Positions 58,985-64,000 of a DNA stretch of 64,000 nucleotides are shown here, one piece after another. The stretch is from Thalia democratica (taxonomy: Eukaryota): contig OZ241834.1 of the NCBI GenBank assembly GCA_965202585.1, positions 27,094,001 through 27,158,000 of the forward strand, in the 5' to 3' direction. Positions within the stretch are counted from its first letter, which is position 1. Each line of letters opens with the position of its first letter. The notes beneath the pieces are model-generated. The model saw nothing but the letters and a program-made list of their open reading frames with translations, was not told the DNA's origin and did not search any database. A program made the position numbers and the translations under genes.

Positions 58985-59225
58985 TGTCTTAGAAGCGTCG
59001 GCTGCAGTTCTAAGGTCGCTTCAGATTGGCTTTTTTTTTTAGTTTTAAGTAATTAAACTTTTTTTCGGTTTACTTTTTATTTATTTAGGTAAGGTTGGTT
59101 AGGGATAAGGGTATAGATTTTTTTAATGTTCTGCTGTATTATTACTTTACCACATTTGCATAATGTTATAAATGAAAACATTTTTAATACCTTACAACTG
59201 CAGCCGACCCGTCTTAGAACTTCGA
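58985..59225. mobile_element. Small foldback MITE with G-rich core
   Basis: Perfect 13-bp IR gtcggctgcagtt (58997-59009) / aactgcagccgac (59196-59208); core ttaggtaaggttggttagggataaggg. Confidence 0.55.
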
Positions 59226-62200
59226 TGGTTAAATTGTTTATTGAACAACAAAAAATACGCTTAAAAAGTTTGGTCACGAAAAACCTTTTAGTTATCGAGT
59301 CGTACACCAAAAGAGTTTATTGTAATGTCCAGGATAAATTTAAACAAGTTAGTCGAAGTAAGTTAGAAACAAATAGTAATCTACCGTATCTAGCCATCTT
59401 GCAATGATCCTTATTTACCAAAATAAGTTTAATTAAAAATCGAATAGTCCAAAGCAGTTTTTGTATTACAACTATTTCGTAGTTTAATAACTTTTACACT
59501 TAAAATGTAGCAAAACTATACTTGAAATGACACAAGCATTAGCATTATTTACGTTTACAAATAGACTTACTTATAAACATTAAGTTTTTCATTGATGCAA
59601 ACCAGATGTCGGTTTTTTCTTTTATCTGTACGAGCCAGTTTGAGTAAGATTTAAGAATAAGTGTTTAAAATAAGATATTGTCTGCTGTAAATAAAAAAAA
59701 AATCTTTAAAATTATTTCTTATTTTGTAGTTAAATGATCAATAACATGCAATACTGTTACTTAAAGTCAAAACAAAGACCATTCATAAATAATTATCACA
59801 AAAATTTACAATCTAAGTTATTTTTTAGGCTAGATAATTGTGCTTGGCGGGCCGAGTCTGGCCGTAGTTTAGCGACCATCCTATGGATATTACAAAAGTT
59901 TTCAGTGTAAAACCTACAGGCAAATTTGCAAGTTTTCTTTTCTTGGCATATGTTTTTCTTACTTTGCTACGATAAAAAAATGCTTGGTTTCTTGTATTTT
60001 ACTTCTTATTTTCTATTGAACTCTAACTTTTTTTAGTTCTATGTACTTAAATTTTATTTCAATTTTTTTATTAAATTTTTTTGTAGTTTGTTTGCATAGC
60101 AGAACTCTTTAATAGTTTACACAGCTTATAGTTAATAAGCTCACTATTTATAAGTTGTTCATTTAACTTAATTTTGTTTACATCTGCCTTAAAACAAAAA
60201 ATAAGAAAATAGGTCGTATAATGTTCGTAATATAAGTTTTTTAAAAACTGGAATCAAACAAACTTTGAAGGTTTTAACATGTTTACAACCCTTTTTAATT
60301 CTAGTAAGTCTAATCTGTAAGTGTCGAAAAATATCAGACAAACTTCGATTAAATGAATCCGTTTTATTCTTCTACTTATTATACAAGTTTATAAAAATCA
60401 ATTTACAAATAATATTATTAATTAAAACTTTGTGTAGGACTTTTTATAAGTCTTTGTAAAATTTAGTTATCTATTTGCAAAATTCGTATTTTTTTACAAC
60501 AGAAGCAGTTGGTTAAAGTTTTATTTTTATTGCTTCGTACAAAATTAGGAATAAAGAAACTTACAAAACATAAACTAACAAGTAAAAATAGATAATTTCT
60601 AACGTTTTTAAATGATGCAAGTCTAGTATATAAAACAATTATAGTAAATTAAAAATAAATTAGATGTAAAAGGACATTCAAAATCTTCTAGTACAATTTT
60701 TTGCTATCATTTTCATCCGTTTGTCTGTTTTAATTTGTGCGGTAATGACTAAAGCCTCTAATAAAAGTATTTTTTCTAGTAAAATATAATCAAAAAGATG
60801 TTTAAAACACTAACCTATTTATTATGTATGTTTTAGAATTATATAAAGATAAATTACGTTTTTTATCAATTTTGTACTTGGTTGAAAATCGTTGATTTAA
60901 CTAAAGAAATTGACAAGTATTTTCACAAGTCCATTTTAGAAAGTTTAAAAACAATGCCAACTAAGGTAAAAACTTGATAAAATTTAAAAACAAAAATTCA
61001 CAAACTAAGTGAGTTAAATCATACTTTACAATTTATTTTGAAAAATAAATCCATTCATTATTGTCTAATACTAAGTTTTGTAAGTAAAGTTTTGTTAATT
61101 GACAGGTTTTTTGTTTGTTTTTGTCAGTTATTTAGTTTCAAAGTTCTTTAAAAAAAATAAAAGTAAATTAGTTATAAGTCTAATAGTTTAACTTTTATTA
61201 TATATATATATCTTTTATTAAAATTATTGCTTTACTAGATTTATTGAAAACATTAAAAGTTAGCTTTACTAACTACACTACTATAAATTTTAATGGTTTG
61301 TTTAGTGTTTGGTCAAAATTCACAATCATATTGTAAATATGTTTTGTTGTTAAAGTAGACACTGCTTTTGTATATATTGTATAATTTAAGCATTCTATAT
61401 AATCTAAAGAAAAAATGATTATTTTCAACGATGTCTACAAAAAACTGCTAGAGACTCAAAGTTTGATAACTTATCTTACATAACATTTAGAAAAATTATA
61501 AGTATACTTTCAAAAAAACAGTAATAATTAGGATGTTTTTTAAGTACCGTTTAAATTTCAATACTTAACACAAAAATAAACATATGTCACACACTTTTAC
61601 AAAATAATTAACATAACAGTTTTTCAAGACATTTAAAGTTCAAAAAGCAAAATACCAATACATATACATTATTCTAATAAAAATAAACCAGCAAAAAATA
61701 GTTGACCTCTAAACTAAGCTTTTGTTTATCTAGATTGTAAATGCTTTTAATTATTACACTTTTATTGTCCTGTGTGTTATCTAAGCAAAATAAGTGTAAC
61801 AGATATGAATTTTATATTTAATAGATTTAGAATGCTGTTTTTGTAAGGTATGTTCTGGTCATCGCCAAAAAGAAATTAATTTTAAATTTGTGATTCATAA
61901 AACTAAAACTATGCAAAAGTATTTCTTAAAAAGGTTTTAGTAGCTCAAGTTTACTTTTCTACTAACAATAAATACTCAAAATGCTTAATATTCAACAATG
62001 TCTCAACTTAGCTGTATTGTAAAGCACTAAAACTCTGTAATATTAATACCCTGTAATACGAATATTAATTTTAATGGACAATATGACAATAACAATAAAA
62101 AGTAAAAATCAACTTTAACTAACAGCATTTAGTTGATATTTGTTGTTTGTATCGCTTTTGCAACCATCATATTTGTTGTTTAACCTAAATGTTCACAGAG

Positions 62201-62977
62201 TACTCATATTACAATGTTTTAAAGCTTGACAACGGCAAAAAATTAAAACAATTTTTTGTAAAAATCTTACTGGATATTTTGACTATTAGTCTTTTAACTG
62301 TAGAGACTTATAAAGTTCCTACAGACATACTGCAATATGTTTATTTTTGCCTGAAGTTTAGCTCTGTTAAATTTATTACAATACTATTATATATAATTTA
62401 TTGAACAAAAACGAAAATCACAAAAAATTGTATAAAACAAAAATATAAAAATATAAAAATAAAAAAAACAAAACAATAATATAAATTAAAACTATGAGGT
62501 AAACTAAAATAGCTAAATCTTCGACTAAAGCCAAAAGTACAGTTTTATGGTTTAACTTGGTCAAACCAATTCGTTTTTAAGCTTAACAATATCCGCTTTA
62601 TTTAAGTAACAATTTAGTAAATTACGTACATAGTTAAAAAATCGCAAGGAGCTGAAGTTTAATTGTCATTATCTTGCAAACAAAATTTAAATACAAAAAT
62701 TACTAAGTAACACTTTTTATGTTTTTAAATGTTTTTTACAGCTTTATTTTACGGCAAAAGGCTTTAGTATGTTTTATTATCTAAGTAAATACATTTTTTT
62801 AAAATAGACATGACTTTTTAATTAAAGAAATGAACTTAAACTAGAATTTAGAATATAAGGAAACGCATATTCCAATAAGTAGATATAAAAACGTTAAACT
62901 TTAATATTATAGTTATCAATTGACCGCTTATAATTTTTTTAGAAATTTAGTGTTTTTTCTAGTTATTATTATATTTT

Positions 62978-63090
62978 ATTGAACGCGAAAAAAGTGGTCA
63001 AAATATTTGGTTGCAGGACTTGGTGCACAAAGAACCTTTCGGTTATCGAGTCGCCCACCTTGGGTATCTTTTAACGTCTTGTCTAGGTTA
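62978..63090 (+). repeat. ~110-bp dispersed repeat, copy 7
   Basis: caaaatatttggttgcaggacttggtgcacaaagaacctttcggttatcgagtcgc...ttttaacgtcttgtctagg. Confidence 0.75.
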
Positions 63091-64000
63091 CTTAAACTAC
63101 TTTGACTGTTTTTGATTGCTATTTAGTTTTTTGGCATTAATTCTAACTGTGTCATGGCCGTATTCAAATACACTATAAGGATATAATTTATTTTACATTT
63201 TTTTTACACAAAGAAAGTGTTTAGGCTACAATGGGAATAATTTTTACAGATAACCTACCAAATAGACTAAATCTATTTTTGCTGGTTTGGTTAGTCCCAA
63301 AAGAGTCTTAGTTTAAAAAAAAGAATTTGTATATTGAATCGTTTCATAAAAGTGAAATTACAATGAAGTCATAACTAAATGAATACTAGTAATACTATAT
63401 GTACTATTTACGTTTCGTGTTTGTTGAGAATTTTTCTCCATTTTATCATCAGTAGCCTAGGCAGAGAACAAAATCGCAGTAGTTTCGGGAAAATATAGAT
63501 TTTCAGTTGATCCATCGATCTTCCGTAGACTTTATACTTTTCTGAAAGATGTTACATTCATTTTGTTCGAAAAATTGTTGTTTAATGTAAAAACTATCAT
63601 TTACGTATTCGCTTTATTACACAAAAATGTTACAGACAAAACTTTGCGTTATAAACAGACAAAAAACACCATACTACTTAATAGGTTTCTAAAAATTCAT
63701 CTATTCTGTTGTGCTGATGATGATTGGTTACTCACTTTTAACTAGTTCCGGACGCTAGCCACTCTCGCCTGTAACTGGTACTTGATGCTGACTGCGTTTT
63801 CGTGGTCAATACGGATTCAGTAATGCGATCGGTGCGATAATGAGACAAAACTGTAGACGTTTGTCATTCGTTTAAACACAATGTAAAAGTAAACATAAAA
63901 TGATAATAAGTTGTGATTAACAAAAAGATTTACGCCAAATACACTCAATGACTGATTAAGGGGATCTAATATTAAACCGCAGGGCGTACGATTTATTAAC

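Noticed and set aside
59077-59407. Overlapping 77-aa and 93-aa ORFs
   Set aside because: AT-rich, overlap a foldback MITE, no motif or splice support.
62120-62185. Small minus-strand exon-like segment (tttag|...|gttagt)
   Set aside because: Low complexity with an internal 12-bp duplication and no protein resemblance.

Overview
AT-rich eukaryotic (metazoan-type, probably invertebrate) genomic DNA in which short GC-rich exons sit in long AT-rich, repeat-laden introns. Genes reconstructed by hand with splice-phase checking: (1) the first three exons of a SPATA4-like CH-domain gene (minus strand, ATG 3111, running off the left edge); (2) a single-coding-exon USP/C19-family gene (plus, 6060-7481) whose catalytic Cys and His are both substituted; (3) a complete 19-exon CDC27/APC3 gene (minus, 36810-9759, 792 aa); (4) a BACK-Kelch gene (plus, main exon 52905-54325) and (5) a decayed Kelch paralogue tail-to-tail with it (minus, 55646-56365). 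Non-coding DNA holds hAT-like, TTAA-flanked (Kolobok-like) and foldback MITEs, a ~110-bp dispersed repeat (7 copies), a segmental duplicate and two long hairpins. The most striking pattern is that at least nine exon boundaries are followed or preceded by decaying tandem 'echo' copies of their own splice junction, many spaced 160-195 bp apart and often differing from the live exon mainly at synonymous sites. No database search was possible; gene names rest on remembered family motifs.
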